Below are positions 27,000-41,040 of a stretch of DNA of 64,000 bases, piece by piece; the stretch's first letter is position 1, and every line of letters starts with the position of its first letter. A model generated the notes under the pieces. The model was not told the DNA's origin, did no database searches, and saw nothing but the letters and a program-made list of their open reading frames with translations. Both the position numbers and the translations under genes were made by a program. The DNA is from Bigelowiella natans CCMP2755 (taxonomy: Eukaryota; Protista; Cercozoa): positions 1 to 64,000 of the forward strand of contig ADNK01000407.1 in NCBI GenBank assembly GCA_000320545.1, in the 5' to 3' direction.

Positions 27000-28300
27000 A
27001 CAGTGTCTAGAGATGGATCAATACCTGATCAATGTTGTGGATGAATAGAAAAATTATGTTTACGAATTCGAAGCAATGCGATTGATTTCTAGAGGTTTGA
27101 AGCTGGCTTAATCAGGATTTAGAACACTACTAATGTGGACTCAGCTCTGAACTTCCATGCTAGCATGCATGCATCAAAACGGTTTCCGCACGACCGTGCC
27201 ACAGCGTGATGAGCATCTATGCTAATTTTCTCTCCCGCGTGCAATGTCCGATCCTGATGATCATGCACGCAGCTCCGTCAAACCCGGTAACGACGGGGTT
27301 GTGAACAGTGCAGCGCTTTGCGACGCGCTTTGAAGCAGCAGGCAGTTGCAGTTGGTCAAAGAAAGGTCATCAGAACTTGTCCGATGGCCAAACCTCAAAA
27401 AATGACCGAAATGTCAACCCAAATGTCCATTTTCAAGGCCTCAGTGAGCGCGCAAAGTGTGAAAATTCACACCCGTTGTGTGGAGGATGCACGCTGCGCG
27501 TTTGTTCTCTGCCACATTTTGAATGCTTTCTAGCTTTTGCGCGTGTGTTTGACCAAATGTGACATGCACGAAAATTTTCAAAGAAATGCGAGCAAATCCA
27601 ATGTCCATCACATCACACAACGCGCTTGGTCGCGCACAAAAAGCTTCCAAATGCATGTTCTGGCGATTCGTCAAAGGTTTGACGGAGCTGTGGCACATGA
27701 TGCAAATGAACATCGAGAACTACCGACGCGTGGCGGCGCGCAACGTAGATGGACAGTGGCTGCACCATGAACTCGTCGTTTCGATTCCAACGAAGTGCAG
27801 TGGCATCATGACTTCCACATCCCCTCCCTCATGCGACCTTCGCGATTCGAAGGGGTCGTCTCTTGTGTCATTCCAGCTCATCACTCCATCATTCCTGTCA
27901 TGGAAACCATGATCACTGGCCTGAACAAATGATCATTCATGCATGCGCATTTCCAAGATTTGCTTGCGCAGCTCACTTGGACATCGATTACAATTCGCAC
28001 TGCGATGTGATGCTGCACTCGTTTCGCGGCGCTACCGGCCTGCATGTGCTAGTGTGCGCGAAGTGTGCTGCGTGGCGACCACAAGCATCAAACAGCCAAA
28101 AAGCTGTGCTACGCTAAATGATCGAGTCACGTGCATGCTAGCATGGTGTCCATCGCTCTAGTCAATGTCACGCAAGCAGCAATCTAAGCAATGCTAGCAA
28201 CACATCAAGTGCACAAACCCGATCAGCCGATCCGCATTGTGCGATCTGCCATGTACTAGTATAGTGCAATAGCATGCAAAATATCTTGTATTAATGGCAG
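27000..28300. other. Strongly TpA-depleted island 4, possibly containing a mutated gene relic
   Basis: Only 6 TA dinucleotides in 27301-28080 (hand count), 5 of them in CTA/TAG; lies between convergent genes. Confidence 0.9.
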
Positions 28301-28438
28301 CGCAACGATATTTAGCGTCCTCGTTCTGTTTTCGGCTTCACACAACACGAATTATCATCAAAAACTAAATGTTCAGATGCATTCACAAGAACAAAAACTT
28401 ATTGTACTGCAAGCTTGGTCATTGCAATGCCTGACGCC

Positions 28439-29241
28439 CTACAGCTCTTTGCCCTGATTACTTTTCTTAGATGGTGCGCGAGAAGTTCTGGTTTTCGACT
28501 TTTTTTCCGTTTTACTTTTTTTCTGCGGTTGCTGCTTTGATCGTCTTTCGCTGCTGCTGCTACTGCTACTACCTTTAGATGTATTTCTTTTTCTTTTTTT
28601 ATCTTTGCGCTTTTCTCCTCTATGCCCATCCTTCCAAACGTCTCTCAGTAGACTCTGTGATTTGCCGAACATCAAGTCGCGCGGGAATTTCGTGGCGTTC
28701 TCTTTAAGAATCTTGTTAGCCACGAAAGATATAATTGTTTGCGTAGGCCGATTGCTACTCCCAACCTCCGCCGCAGCCTTCATGCACAAAGCAAAGAATG
28801 TAGTCCCGTACTAATGGAAATATTGAATGATGATGATGATGGTGATGATCATCTGGATAACAATAACAATATTCGTTGAGTTTGATAAATGTTTGATGAA
28901 CGCGAAGTTATGCCAAAATGATGGTTCTGCTAGTAATAAAAAAATAGCAACGTTTTCATTTCTACGGATGATCAATGCACTGTCGCTGCCACCACCTCTT
29001 CATGACCCAGGTAAAGAACTTGGGATATTGACGTCTCGTCGAGGTTGTATTCTTTCTCGAGCATCTTGAACACATGTGTTCATGATGACTCATCAGCATA
29101 GTCAATGAGGAATTTTCTCACACCAATCAAGTCGAAATAAACGGCTGTTAAGCATCATACATCGAAGCCATTAGCTAATTTTATAAATCACAAAAACACT
29201 CCTTCCCCACTATGCCCTTTCCCCCCTCTTTCCTATACGTG

Positions 29242-29280
<39 letters not shown>

Positions 29281-30130
29281 GCATGTATTAAATTTCAGAA
29301 AAAGTCGGGGCGATATTGAAGAATGGAGTGCTTCCAAACCGAACCAAAAATACACATTAAAACAGATACACATTGAAATAGGGAGTTGCGAAACCTTTGA
29401 AAAGATCCCAATAATCGCAATGGATGCACGCAGCTTCCTTTTCCCATCCAGATGTGCAGGCAAGTCATCACGCGCTTGCGGCAGGAGCTTGCTTTCGCTA
29501 CCGCCGTCCTCGAATAGTGTTTCGAAGAAAGAATATGCCATTTCTAAAAAGTTGCCGATCCTCTTGCTAGTGTCATCGACATCAACCCCTCCGCTAATGA
29601 ATGAAGAGAAAAGTGAATGCCGAAGCTCTCCTCATGATTTTGGATGGTTGTACCTAGAAGATGTATCGCCTGATGCATCATGATCATCATACTCTCCGTC
29701 CTCCGAATCCATGGTCGATGCAGCATGGATGGAAGCTTTTAAATACTATCCAAGGTAGACGGATCGGGTCAAACCCAGAGTCGATAAAGTATTAGTAATG
29801 TCAGCCATTTGTTCGGTGTGTTCGTACGTGTGTTCGTACGTGTGTTTGTTGTAGTGTGACGACCTGGGAAGCCGAGAACTGAGAAGGGTTTATGCCGGTG
29901 CTCCTGATGTCCGACTCCACCTCCTGAGGTAGGTTCCGCTCAGAGAACTCTGATACCTCGGAGAAACCAAAGTGTAGGCCAGGCATTCCCGTGAATAGGA
30001 ATGCGAGCATTGCTAGCCGCACGAGAAGATCCCATGGGATAACTCTTGCCTGATGGATGGGTGGGGTTAGTGTCCAGGAGAACTCGCCATGTGGGACAAA
30101 AATTACCAGGGCCTTCCAGTACATTGACAT
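28439..30130 (-). CDS. Hypothetical protein, signal-like N-terminus, basic tail ending -GKEL
   Basis: Exon-like ORFs 29801-30130, 29245-29541 and 28439-28789; hydrophobic LLVRLAMLAFLFTG near the start. Confidence 0.5.
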
Positions 30131-30530
30131 GTTTTCCGAGTGGCTGCGCGTCAGTCAGCGGGTGGTCTTAATCTCGGAGGGTTACTTCGCCGCCATGGGT
30201 TGGATGGGGGATGGAGGATGACGAACAGGTTCAGTCGCCACTCATCAATGTGTACGTTGTATTCCATACTGCGACAACTGATATTTTCATGTCGCAAGTC
30301 CAAATCAGATTCCTTTTCAAACCATATCGCCGCTTTTGCTCGTGTTGATAGATGATCAGTTTTTGGTCCGAATTCTATCGTGGAAACATCCTGGAAGGAG
30401 CGTGCTTCTGTCATGCGATTTTCTAGTCTATTTTTCCAGCCGGAACTATCGTAAAATAACTCTCAATGAGTCCAGACGAAACTGCATTAAGCCCGAAAGC
30501 GGATCGGACTGGGAGGTCAGCGTGTGGCGA

Positions 30531-32139
30531 ATGGCAGTTCTGTATCTCGTGGTGGCGGTCTCTGTGGCCGTCATCGCTGCAGTGTGCCGTTTGCTATGGC
30601 TGTTGAGTAAGGTAGGAGCGAAGTCCGAGAAACGACGTTCGGGGGAGAAGCTCAATACCCTTGTAGTGCTCGGAAGTGGTACTCCGCGTTTTGGTATGTT
30701 TGAACAAATGAGCGTGATGCAAGCGATAACGTCTTTCCAGGAGGCCACACGTCTGAGATGATGACTCTTTTGTCTCACATGGACTCCAAGAACTACTCGC
30801 CGATCACTTATATGGTAGGAAGACCAGCGCAATAACACCCTTCGCAGATGCTGAGTCAGCAAGATGTAGGAAAACAAGAAGGATGAATACAATGGAGTTC
30901 GTACGCAGGAGAACAAACAAAGTGGCCTGTGTACCCAGAACAAAATTAGACTTTACGTAGAGACTGCTTGGATAGAAAATCTGAGGCCTCCTCCATGAAT
31001 TCGCAGCAGCACTCATTCCATCTGCGGGCAACGTGGAACTAATATCACTATGCCCTGTAATTTCAGGTCGCAGATACCGACCGACACAGTGTTACGAAGG
31101 TCAAGTTACTTCGGGTAGTATCACACTGATATCAACTTCATGGCATTTTGCGGAATTTGCTTCGTGTTCTCAAGCAAACCGTTCTCAACAACAAATCTTC
31201 AGGATGATGCAAAGACGTCACGATTTGTGACTATACCACGAAGTCGTGAGGTTCACATGGTAATATCCGCACCAAATAATACTGTGTCAGCAGTTGCTTT
31301 GAAGATATGTCCTTAATCTCCTCCTCCTCCTTGCGGTTCTTCTCGTTCTCCTTTATCTTCTTCTTTCTTGCAAATGCTCATCATATCTTCTTTGTTTTTG
31401 TTGTTGGCATCTGCTAAAAACTAGTCGTGGGGCCTGACGGTACTGATGACCATCAAAGCGCTGGTGGCTTGTATAGCGAAGATTCCCACCCTCGCTCCAG
31501 ATTTGGTAAGCTCTAACTACCTCTTGAGGTGTTTCCCTTTTCCAGATATATAATGACATAAGATACCACCTACCCCTCGTTCTCAAACTCCTTAATTCCT
31601 ACTTAGATTCTTGTCAATGGCCCTGGGACATGCATTCCAGTTGTCTTGGCCGCCTGGTTCTGGAAGGTGATATTGATACTGATGCAATGCAAAAATATCA
31701 TAGAGCTTCCCTTTATCCCTCGGTGAATGATTGGTTCATTTCCTGCCCTCAGTTCTTCGGATTGGTGCAGTGCAGGATCGTGTTCGTAGAGAGTTTCTGC
31801 AGAGTCAAGAGCTTATCCATGTGAGCATAGATTGACACTCCGAAACAAAAAATTAAAAATAATAATTCCAACGACCAACGTGTGTCTTACAATTCGCCGA
31901 AAAATCTTTTCGAATTCCACGATATTGAAACTTGAATAATTGATGCTCCTCGGAAAATACATGTGAAAAACTACCAGGTCCGGGAAGATAGCGTATTTTC
32001 TGAGCGACACCTTCATAGTGCAGTGGCCTATGCTTCTAGAAAGGTCTTAATTCCCCCAGCGTGATTACACTCATTTATTAAAACTAGTGTTCTTTGGATC
32101 AGATATCCCAAGGCGAAATATGTAGGAAAGCTTTGTTAA
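30531..32139 (+). CDS. ALG14: UDP-N-acetylglucosamine transferase subunit ALG14
   Basis: N-terminal TM, TLVVLGSGGHTSEM, IPRSREV, LVNGPGTCIPV, IVFVESFCRVKSLSMSGKI, FIVQWP..YPKAKYVGKLC*. Confidence 0.95.
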
Positions 32140-32329
32140 CTGCCACACTATCGTGCCGGATTCATCAAGACATTGAATAAGTATTTTTTAAATTGATTGC
32201 GGACTTTATTGCCGGGACAGTAGTTTTATTACGTATATAGTGCTCAGTATAGATTCGAAAGAAACTTCATGAGCAACAATGAAAAGCAAAATGTTACAAA
32301 AATACAGCCATTATTAAATTCAGGATTAC

Positions 32330-33200
32330 TGTCTAGCTTTTATCTACGCGGAGTAGATGCTGTCATTCATTCACGTATCTAGTGACATCCACATACTACA
32401 CAATACTACTAGTACACGTGGGATTGTTTCTTGCATGCAGTACGTATAGTGCAGCTGTAGCTGTTGCAAATCTAAGAGAACAATGTCAGCATGTACAGTA
32501 AAGTAAGTAGCAATTGCAAACAGGAGAAGCGCGCTTATCTTCTAGTCGATCTTGCACTTTTGTTTATATAGCTCACATCAAGCATTAGTTAGCCATTCTA
32601 GCATTTAGTACGATCTAGCCGCGGACCCCTGCAGATCGACCGTAGTGCTACCTAGGCTACATATATTCATGCTAGCGATACGTACGATATAAAGCAGAGT
32701 TGCATCTCAGCCAATAACGTAGTGCTTTTGGGTTACGCCTTTAATCGTTTTTTGCTGATCGGGAATTCCCAGATGTGCCTTTTGCTGTACTAGCTTATTT
32801 CTGTTGCACTACTATGAACTGCGAGAGAACAGAAGGTCGATCGTGGTGTATTTATATCGTGCTGTCAGCGTCCAATCCCGTCATGGTAGGCATATATGAT
32901 AGTCTTTTAATCAGGTCTATGAACTTACAAAAAAGGGGGTCACCGAGACGAATGTAGCAGAGCAACCCATGAGCAGTCTACTAGCTACCATTCAAAATTA
33001 AGAATTGAGTTTCCGCTACGTGAGAGCAACTAGACTATAGATGTCCTCTTTAAGTGTCCATGGTTGATCAGTTTCCATTACGACGCATGGCTTCACGCAT
33101 GATGCAAATCATGCCACCTCCTCCTCTAGCATCTTAATGATACCTTACTCCTTACCAGCAAGCTAACTACAACAACAATCCTACGTGGGAGCGCCAACGT
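32330..33200. other. CTAG/CATG-rich island 5 (moderate)
   Basis: Clusters of ctag, tgca and tacgta between the convergent ALG14 and membrane-protein ends. Confidence 0.6.
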
Positions 33201-33391
33201 GATCTATGCGCAGGACTAGCAAACCCCTTGCCTGAACCAGGTGCAATTTCAGTTTCTTACGCATCATCATAGGCTGCATGACTTTTATATGCTTTTTATT
33301 TCTCCTCTGCATTTGATTCGGTGCTAATATAGACAATGTGACCCTGCCTGAAGCATACTGCACAGGAAGTTTATGACCTCGGCTGCATACG

Positions 33392-35250
33392 TTATCCGCA
33401 GAGAAAACAAAAGAATCGACGAAGTGAATTGCAAACCTTAGAATAGAATCCAGGCACGTTCGCATAAAACAAGATGAAAGCGTTTATAGTCACCAAGAGC
33501 CAAAAGGGAATATCATCTTCGAAGCTGTACGAATTGCTGTAGAACGTCTCCTGGACGAAATCGTCGAACCTTTGATTCTCTCTAAACCTGATGAATCCCA
33601 CGAACATCCCTGCGACACCAACCACAGGACACAAAACAGCCAAAAATGCAAATACTGAGCTGAGATATTTTCGTGTGGCTGCTAGTCGCTGAGCTTCGTC
33701 GTTCGATGCTCTTGTAGGTGTGTGTGTGGCACGGGGAGAGCTGCCGCTCAGATGAGAAGATGGCTTGAACATCGTCGCTTTTTTCATCATCTTATTTTCA
33801 ACAACGCCATTGCCCTTCTCGGTAGTATGCGAAGACTCCAAATTAGCCCCGCTCGCTGCTCCCACAGTCACAGTCCTCATCATGGAAGAATGGTTGCTCA
33901 AATTCGAAGGAGGATCTTCTCCCCCAGAAGTATTGCTCTTTTTCTCTTCACCTGCTGCTGTTATTGCCGCTGCTGCTTTCGGTGGTAATTTGCCAGTAGT
34001 CCTAAGCTTGGGCTCTATCGCCACTGCTAGCCTCGTTGATGTGGGACTTTTCTTCCCCTCGGAGGTCGTTTTGCCAGTCGATGCGAAGAGGGTGGTGGTT
34101 GAATGCTCATCGATCAAATTATTGTTGCTGTTCGTGTGGGGAAGAGGAGGCACAGGGAGTGCTATTATTTGATCCGTGACCGCGCCACTGCTTCCTCCTT
34201 CTTCTGTTCCTAACTCTCGTGATGATGTTGCTGCCGCTGCTTGTTTCCTATGGCTACTACCACTTTGGGCAGGGAATGATGACTGCCTGTCTGATGCGAT
34301 ATCAATCGGATTCCGCTGTTGTTTACGCTGCCTATCCCGCTGCTGCTCTGTAGTCGCAGAGCGGACCTGGTGTAGTGACAGCTGCTTCTCAGAGTTCAGA
34401 ATCGTCCGCAACAAGCTGATCAAAATGTAGGGTACAGATAAACTTAAGAAGGAAGTCGTGCTGGTTTGTAGACAAAATGTTTTTTAGGACAGTGGATCGT
34501 GAAAGAGTTGTTTGTATGGTACTTACACGTAGAAGAGATAGCCGGATATGATCCCAAAGATTACAAAGATTAGCGAAATTATTATAATAGATATGCCATT
34601 CCATCGAGTTTCATTTGTGATCAAGCTTGCAGCCACAACTAACGTGTTCCCTGCCAACAGAAATGTGACGATCGCAGCATAGAGTTTCCAATAGGGCACG
34701 TCGAGTGATCTAAGATGAATCCTTTGGACCGCCATTGCTGCTGTAGTCATGATGCCAAATATCTGCAAGGAAACCATGAATCATCATCCTCCGCTGCTAC
34801 TACCACTCCCATTCATCGGATTCATATGCATGACGAAGGGATACTGTTTCTGATGAAATTTACGACTGCTTATCTAGTTTTTACAGCATATTGTGGATCA
34901 TGATGGCGTGACCATGAACCCAATTGGCAAAGTTCCAAGTACACGGAAGATCACGAAAGCTTGCCAGGGGATTCCAATATAGAACCTGGAGTAGAGAAAA
35001 ACAACTTTGATCATATTGTCAAAACATAATTCGTTGATACTGCAAATAAGTGGGTACTTACAATACGAAGAATATGTTGCCCACGATACACTCGCTTCAG
35101 TTGTGAATCCATGTATACGAAAGATGATGATATCTCAGAAACTTTGCAGACGTTTTAAATGGAATGTCGATCTTACAGGATGGCCCCACGATGAAGCCAA
35201 CGTTTAGTTCTTAAGGAGCAGTTGTGGAGCAGAAGCAAGACGCCCCATAC
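33392..35250 (-). CDS. Multi-pass membrane protein (possibly 7TM-like) with a long S/T-rich loop
   Basis: Hydrophobic exons (FYIGIPWQAFVIF, LYAAIVTFLLAGNTLVVAASLI, ISIIIISLIFVIFGIISGYLF, VFAFLAVLCPVVGVAGMFVG, IPFWLLVTINAFILFY); 343-aa terminal ORF. Confidence 0.65.
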
Positions 35251-35968
35251 CAGTTCAATCTCAATTAGCGCAATTTTAATCGTATTTGACACCACCCAAC
35301 CAAGTGCCAGCCTTCTTCCCCCATTCGTTTCGACCATTTGTGCGCCGAGAACTACTTTTTGTAGTCATTAGTGCATCTCTAGTAGAGTCAGCGCGCCCGA
35401 TCTTCACAAACTTGAGCAATCATTCGAACCAAGGTAATTCCACCTGAAATTTCCCTTGCCAAGACAAAAAACAAAACAATAAAAATGTCGGGAAGCCAGA
35501 GATTTGTGCTGCTTTTTGTCCACGGGGCAGCGTCATCCTAACTTCGATCTCACTTCAACGGCAGCTTTTAGGCAAATTCGTTCAAAACAGACCTTTGTGT
35601 CTGGGCATTTGGGCATTTGGGCATTGGAGGCATCTTCTAAACAACATATTTTCCACAAAAAAAAACGCCGATTTTTCGCAGAAAAGATCATATAAGAATA
35701 CGCGACAACACGTCTTCCTTGTCGCACATTTATTTAGATAAAATGAAAGCAGCGAAGTTACGATCTGAAAGTTCTTTGGGATTAGGATTTACGATTTTTT
35801 CGGGACAACCAATGCACATCTAAATGATATTCTTGATCATAGAATTTACGAAGTTTTCGGTACAATAAATGTCTAGATATTGTTGGTCAAATAATTTTAG
35901 ATATTTTTGGTATAATAAATGTCTATTAGCTTACTAGCGCCAGAGGTGGATTGACGCCACTAGGCCAG

Positions 35969-36763
35969 ATGGACGGCGTCGAGGCCGTCGAAGACCCGCC
36001 CCTCTCCCCAAGACCATTGATTCCAGCCTCAGAATTGGGGGTTAGCGGTGACGTCGACGATGATGGTGATGGGGTCGTTGAGGGTTCCAGTCGTTTAAGT
36101 AGCATCAGAGCGAATTGCGGAAGAATTCTTAATGACAACTGCTCTGAGGCCCTCTACGTGGTAAGCGGCGACGATAAGAAAACCCAGTTATCATGCATGC
36201 ATGCGCTTAAACGCTCTTCGCTTAGGAGAGAGTTTTCAGACTTCCTTCTCCACAGTCCTTCGTTCCAATGATTATGGCATAGAGCGCATTGAGATTACCA
36301 CCTCGCCCCAGTGAATTATTAATCTGAAACAACTCCCCTACAGATCGCCTGGTTCACATGCAGCATTTTGTTCTCTCTTTACAACAAAGAAGTTTTAGGA
36401 GAGAAGGTAACGAAACAAAAGGAAAGGGGGAGGCAACAGTAGACGTGCATGCAGAAACACAAACACGCGAACGCAAACACGAGCACAAACACACAACACC
36501 TTGCTTTTATACTCCAGAACCTCAAGTTTCCTTGCCCCCTGCTGCTGACGTCGTCGAATTTTGTATGGCAATGGCTGGCGGCTGCCATCTTCGTGAAGAG
36601 CTACTCACGTGTTGGTCGCGTGATTTTCCTTCCTCATTTAGCGAGAAGAAGAAGAAGAAGAAGAAAAAGAAAAAGAAGGGGAAAATAGCAAGAGAAGAAG
36701 GAAGAGAGAAGAAAGCAATACGATTTGAAAATCATAAGGAGTGTATAATGCCACATTATCAGG

Positions 36764-36814
<51 letters not shown>

Positions 36815-39273
36815 CAATGCGTAGAATGTTATATGCAATGTGTATCCATAAAACATTTGTGTATGGGTGTGTGTTTCATTTATCATCATCATCATCATCA
36901 TCATCATCATTGCAGGATCCATTGTGCAGCGTTCTGTGCCTGAAATATCGTGGGAAACCTATGGTTGGACGACTTATTGTTCTTGTAGTAGTAGCAGTAG
37001 TTGTAGGGTGATGGGAAGGAATGATTGAGGGGAGAAGAGGCGTGTGGGAGGACAGAGTTTCGATGTTGAAGATGAGCATGAGTTTGATGAAACAACATAC
37101 AAACGGCTATTTGGCTGTGCGTGAACAGAACCCATGGAACGCAGAAAATTTGGAAGAGAGGGACACAATAACATAGTATTACACCTAAAAATTTTTCCTA
37201 TTACTTCGTGGTACTGTTGCTTGCGGTGATGGTCTGGTGTTGGTAAAGGATCGAAAGTGCTGCCATGCGCTATTGGACTCGCTCTGGTTGTTGTTGTTGT
37301 TGTTGTTGTTGCTGCTGCTGCTGCTGCTGACAATGATGATATTCTTATCAATAATGATGATGACGATGATGATGATGACAATGACGACGATCATGATCAT
37401 CAAGCGCATAGTTGTGGTCAAATTTGAACAACACCATCTAATTTGTTGCAAATCCTAATACACACACACACACACACACACACATACACACACATTCACT
37501 CATACAATATATTTATAGTACATTTGTGTGTGTGTGTGTGTGTGTGTAAGTATGTTATGTATCTTTAAATCAGGATATTGCATTGTCGAATCTCTCTCTG
37601 GTGCACGTTACCGGTTTTACACACACACACACACACGCACGCATGCACGCACGCACACTCACTCAGTCACAAATACATACACAGACACACATACACAGGA
37701 CCTGAGATGAGGATGTTGTCTATTGCTAGAGTGTGAGAATCACCCTTCCAACAGCATTGATAGAGTGTGCATTCGTTGATTCCGCAGTCTCATTCTACAC
37801 AATGGTCAAGGCGACAGCACCAATATTTGCCTTGGTAAATGTCTATGCACACACACACACATATATAAATAAATAAATAAATAAATAAATAAATATACAT
37901 GGAAATGTAAATATTATTGTGTGCGTGTACTGTGTCGTGATTCTGCTGCATTTTCGTCGATCATGCTTGTTTGTGCTTGAATAAAAAAGAAATTATGACA
38001 GCATCAACTGAATATTATTTCCCGGCACGAAAGGCCATCTCTTAGAACAAAGAATCACAATCTTTCCACTTGATTCACAAAACCAGAATTCGATAAATCG
38101 TTCCAGCTTTTTTGTAACTCTATTTAATTTTTGGGTTTCTTTGTGTTCCTGCTATTTTGGTTGGTTTCCCCGGGTAGTTTTTCGGCTTACTTATGGGCCT
38201 GGAGGAGCCCGACGCGAAGGTACATCTTAGAACCCTGGCCTACTACTTCGTCTAGTCAAACAACGAATAGATACTCTTGAGGAGGATTTCGTATCTTCTT
38301 CATCATGCGACAAGGAGAGCAAAAAAGGACACCGACCTCGTCACCACCACTATTATCTTGATCTTTGATGTCTTCCTTTGTGTCCCCAACTTTTGCAGGT
38401 GTTTGGCTCTGTAATTCTTATCGTTCTGGGCCTTTTCATGGCGACTCAGGTTGTTGATTGGCAATCTATCATCAATGCTAATATAAAAAAGATGATGACG
38501 CAAACTATCATTTCTATGGTAGTGGTAGTGGTGGTGGTGTGGTGGTGGCATTGCTGCTGAAAGACGTGTGGTAAATGTTACAGTCGTAGTCTACTTGTAG
38601 TAGGTAGTTATTGTACAAGAAACAAGTTGGTGTATATTGGCAAAAAATGGCTGCTGAGAGATTTGCTGTTAGATTCATAGACAGCCTCTTCCATGTGTCT
38701 TGTTGTCCTATGATCACACATCATCACCATCACCACCACATCGACGACATAACAATTACTTATGTATCAGGGGAACTCTGAGTTCAACATGACCGGATTC
38801 TTCCTTGTCTTCTTCGCGACAGTACTACTTATACTTGCACTAGTAGTCGCAGCAGAATTAGTAGTAGCGGTAGTAGCGGTGGTAGTGATAGTAGTGGTAG
38901 TAGTGGTATTAGTGGTAGTAGTAGTAGTAGTAGTAGTAGTAGCGATATGACGGTATTACCACAAACCTGCACCCCATCAGATCGGATTATGTTCACGTTA
39001 GATTCTGTTTATTATTCAGATAATCTCTGGCCTCCGTTGGAACCTTTTGCAGATTTTAGTGCAGGGAGAGGAGTCGCTCCCCACCCCGATGCACGTGTTG
39101 GAAGTCGTGGCCCCCATCTCAGGGGTAGGAGGAAAGGGAGGAAGAAGCGGCGGGGGGACAAGGGGGGAGGATGTCGCACCAGCATCGACAGCAGGAAAAA
39201 GAAGAAATAGAACAAGTGGAGATTAGCCGTGGCGAATAGAAGACAATAAATAGATAATAAACATGGATTAAAC

Positions 39274-39327
<54 letters not shown>

Positions 39328-40959
39328 TGTTTGTGTGTCCCTTGTTTCCTCCTTTTCTTCTCGCCTCTTCCCCTGTCGGCATAGGTACTGATATTGGTGT
39401 TATCACTGTTATTCGAGACCCCATGGGTAGCGAACTAACAAACTAACTAACAACAACATGACGACGTGTGCAGACAGAAAAATGAAGAAATAATTTTCAT
39501 GATAGTGATAGTAAGGGTGTTAATGATTATAGTAAGCTTACAGGATTCTTTTTCCTTTCCCTCCTCCTTTTCCTCCTCCTCCTCCTCCTCCTTTTCTACG
39601 TTTCCAATCGTTGTCATCGTTGTCATGTTCCCGTCTTTCCTTCTCTTTGCCACATAAATAATTCCATCTCGTCTTTCCTTCTCCTTGCCACATAAATGAT
39701 CCTCTTCTTCCTTCCCCAATATCTGGTCGGTTAATCACTCTCACTAGGATGGGGCACTGAACCCGTTCTTCGATTCTCTGAAGGGATGGGAGGATATATC
39801 TCTTCTCGGTAGTAAATACTACGAGCGCCGATTCCTCACGGGAATCATATGTGAATCAAAGCTTGCCCTTTTCATGATTGTAGTCACACAATATCATTGT
39901 TCTGTTGTTCCCTCGCGTTGTTGCTGCGTTTCAGTGACTATGGGCGGGTTCTTAGCTATAGGCCTCTCCCTTTCGAGTTTGTGCGTGCTCCAACGAACAA
40001 GGTGTGGCGGAGAGGACGGGCAGGAAGGGGGGGGGAAAGAAGAAGAAGGGGGCGAAGAAGAAGGGGGCATTTGAAGAAGGGGGCTATGGTTGAAACCACG
40101 TCGTCATGTTAAACCTTTGTGCACTTTTCTGGAAAGGTTCCATAAGCATATGCAGATATAATTCAATTTAATAAGTTAATAATCACGAGAACATCTAAGG
40201 CGACATACTAATGACTTTACCTTCTTCAACACGGACATCTAGTGTGCTGATGTTTATGGCTTTTGGGGCCCTCAAAGAAGTGTTAACCGTTTGCTTTTCT
40301 GGTATTGCTCTTTATATCTCTTATCTGCCTTTTTTTGCACACGCATGCTACACACAAATACACACACACATTAACATACATACATACACTCACAAAACTC
40401 ACCACTGCCCATCATCCATATTAATCGCCCTTCAGTACATCAATCCACTACTTTCCCCTCCCTCTTTCCTCATCCTCCTCTTCGTCCTCCTCCTCCTCCC
40501 AATCGCAGTGCTTATATACGGCGACGTAATAACAACAAATTCGGTGTTTGGAATGGTACTAGTCTTGATGGGCGTGGTTCTCTACAAATACCACAGGCAT
40601 AGTCGGTACGTGATCGGTATTGATAAGTAGTTTGTGGATCGATTTGCTTTTATATCCATCTTGGAATAACTTATGCCATTCGGTTGGAAAACTTCTGGAA
40701 CAACCGATTATTTAATCTCTTAATCGCGGCATGATTTTGTAAAATCAGGAGCCATCAGCATCAGGAAACTACAGAACTTAGTCCCTCCATACGTAACAAT
40801 GTCGCTTATGAGGTGGCCAGCAGTATTAATAGCGGCGTCAATGGCAGATCACCATCTTCCCAAGTCGTCAAAAAGGATAATAATGGCCCTCCAACCAATC
40901 CGATGGAAAAGAAATCGCTACTAGATCCGCAAAGCCGTACCAGTTTTGATGAGATGTAG
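35969..40959 (+). CDS. Triose-phosphate/nucleotide-sugar transporter family protein (SLC35C2-like)
   Basis: Exons FPCPLLLTSSNF, DIALSNLSL, SFYTMVKATAPIFAL, FGLLMGLE, FNMTGFFLV, GALKEVLTV, LIYGDVIT..GMVLVLMGVVLYKY. Confidence 0.85.
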
Positions 40960-40989
40960 CGTCGGTAGCAAATATGCTGCATTCATCAG

Positions 40990-41040
<51 letters not shown>

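Noticed and set aside
27000-28300. Classical RIP or CpG methylation decay as the cause of the islands
   Set aside because: RIP would enrich TA and CpG decay would remove CG; here TA is lost and CG is plentiful (gcgacgcgc, gcggcgcgc).
39630-39702. ~38 bp direct duplication
   Set aside because: Local intronic slippage duplicate with no evident function.
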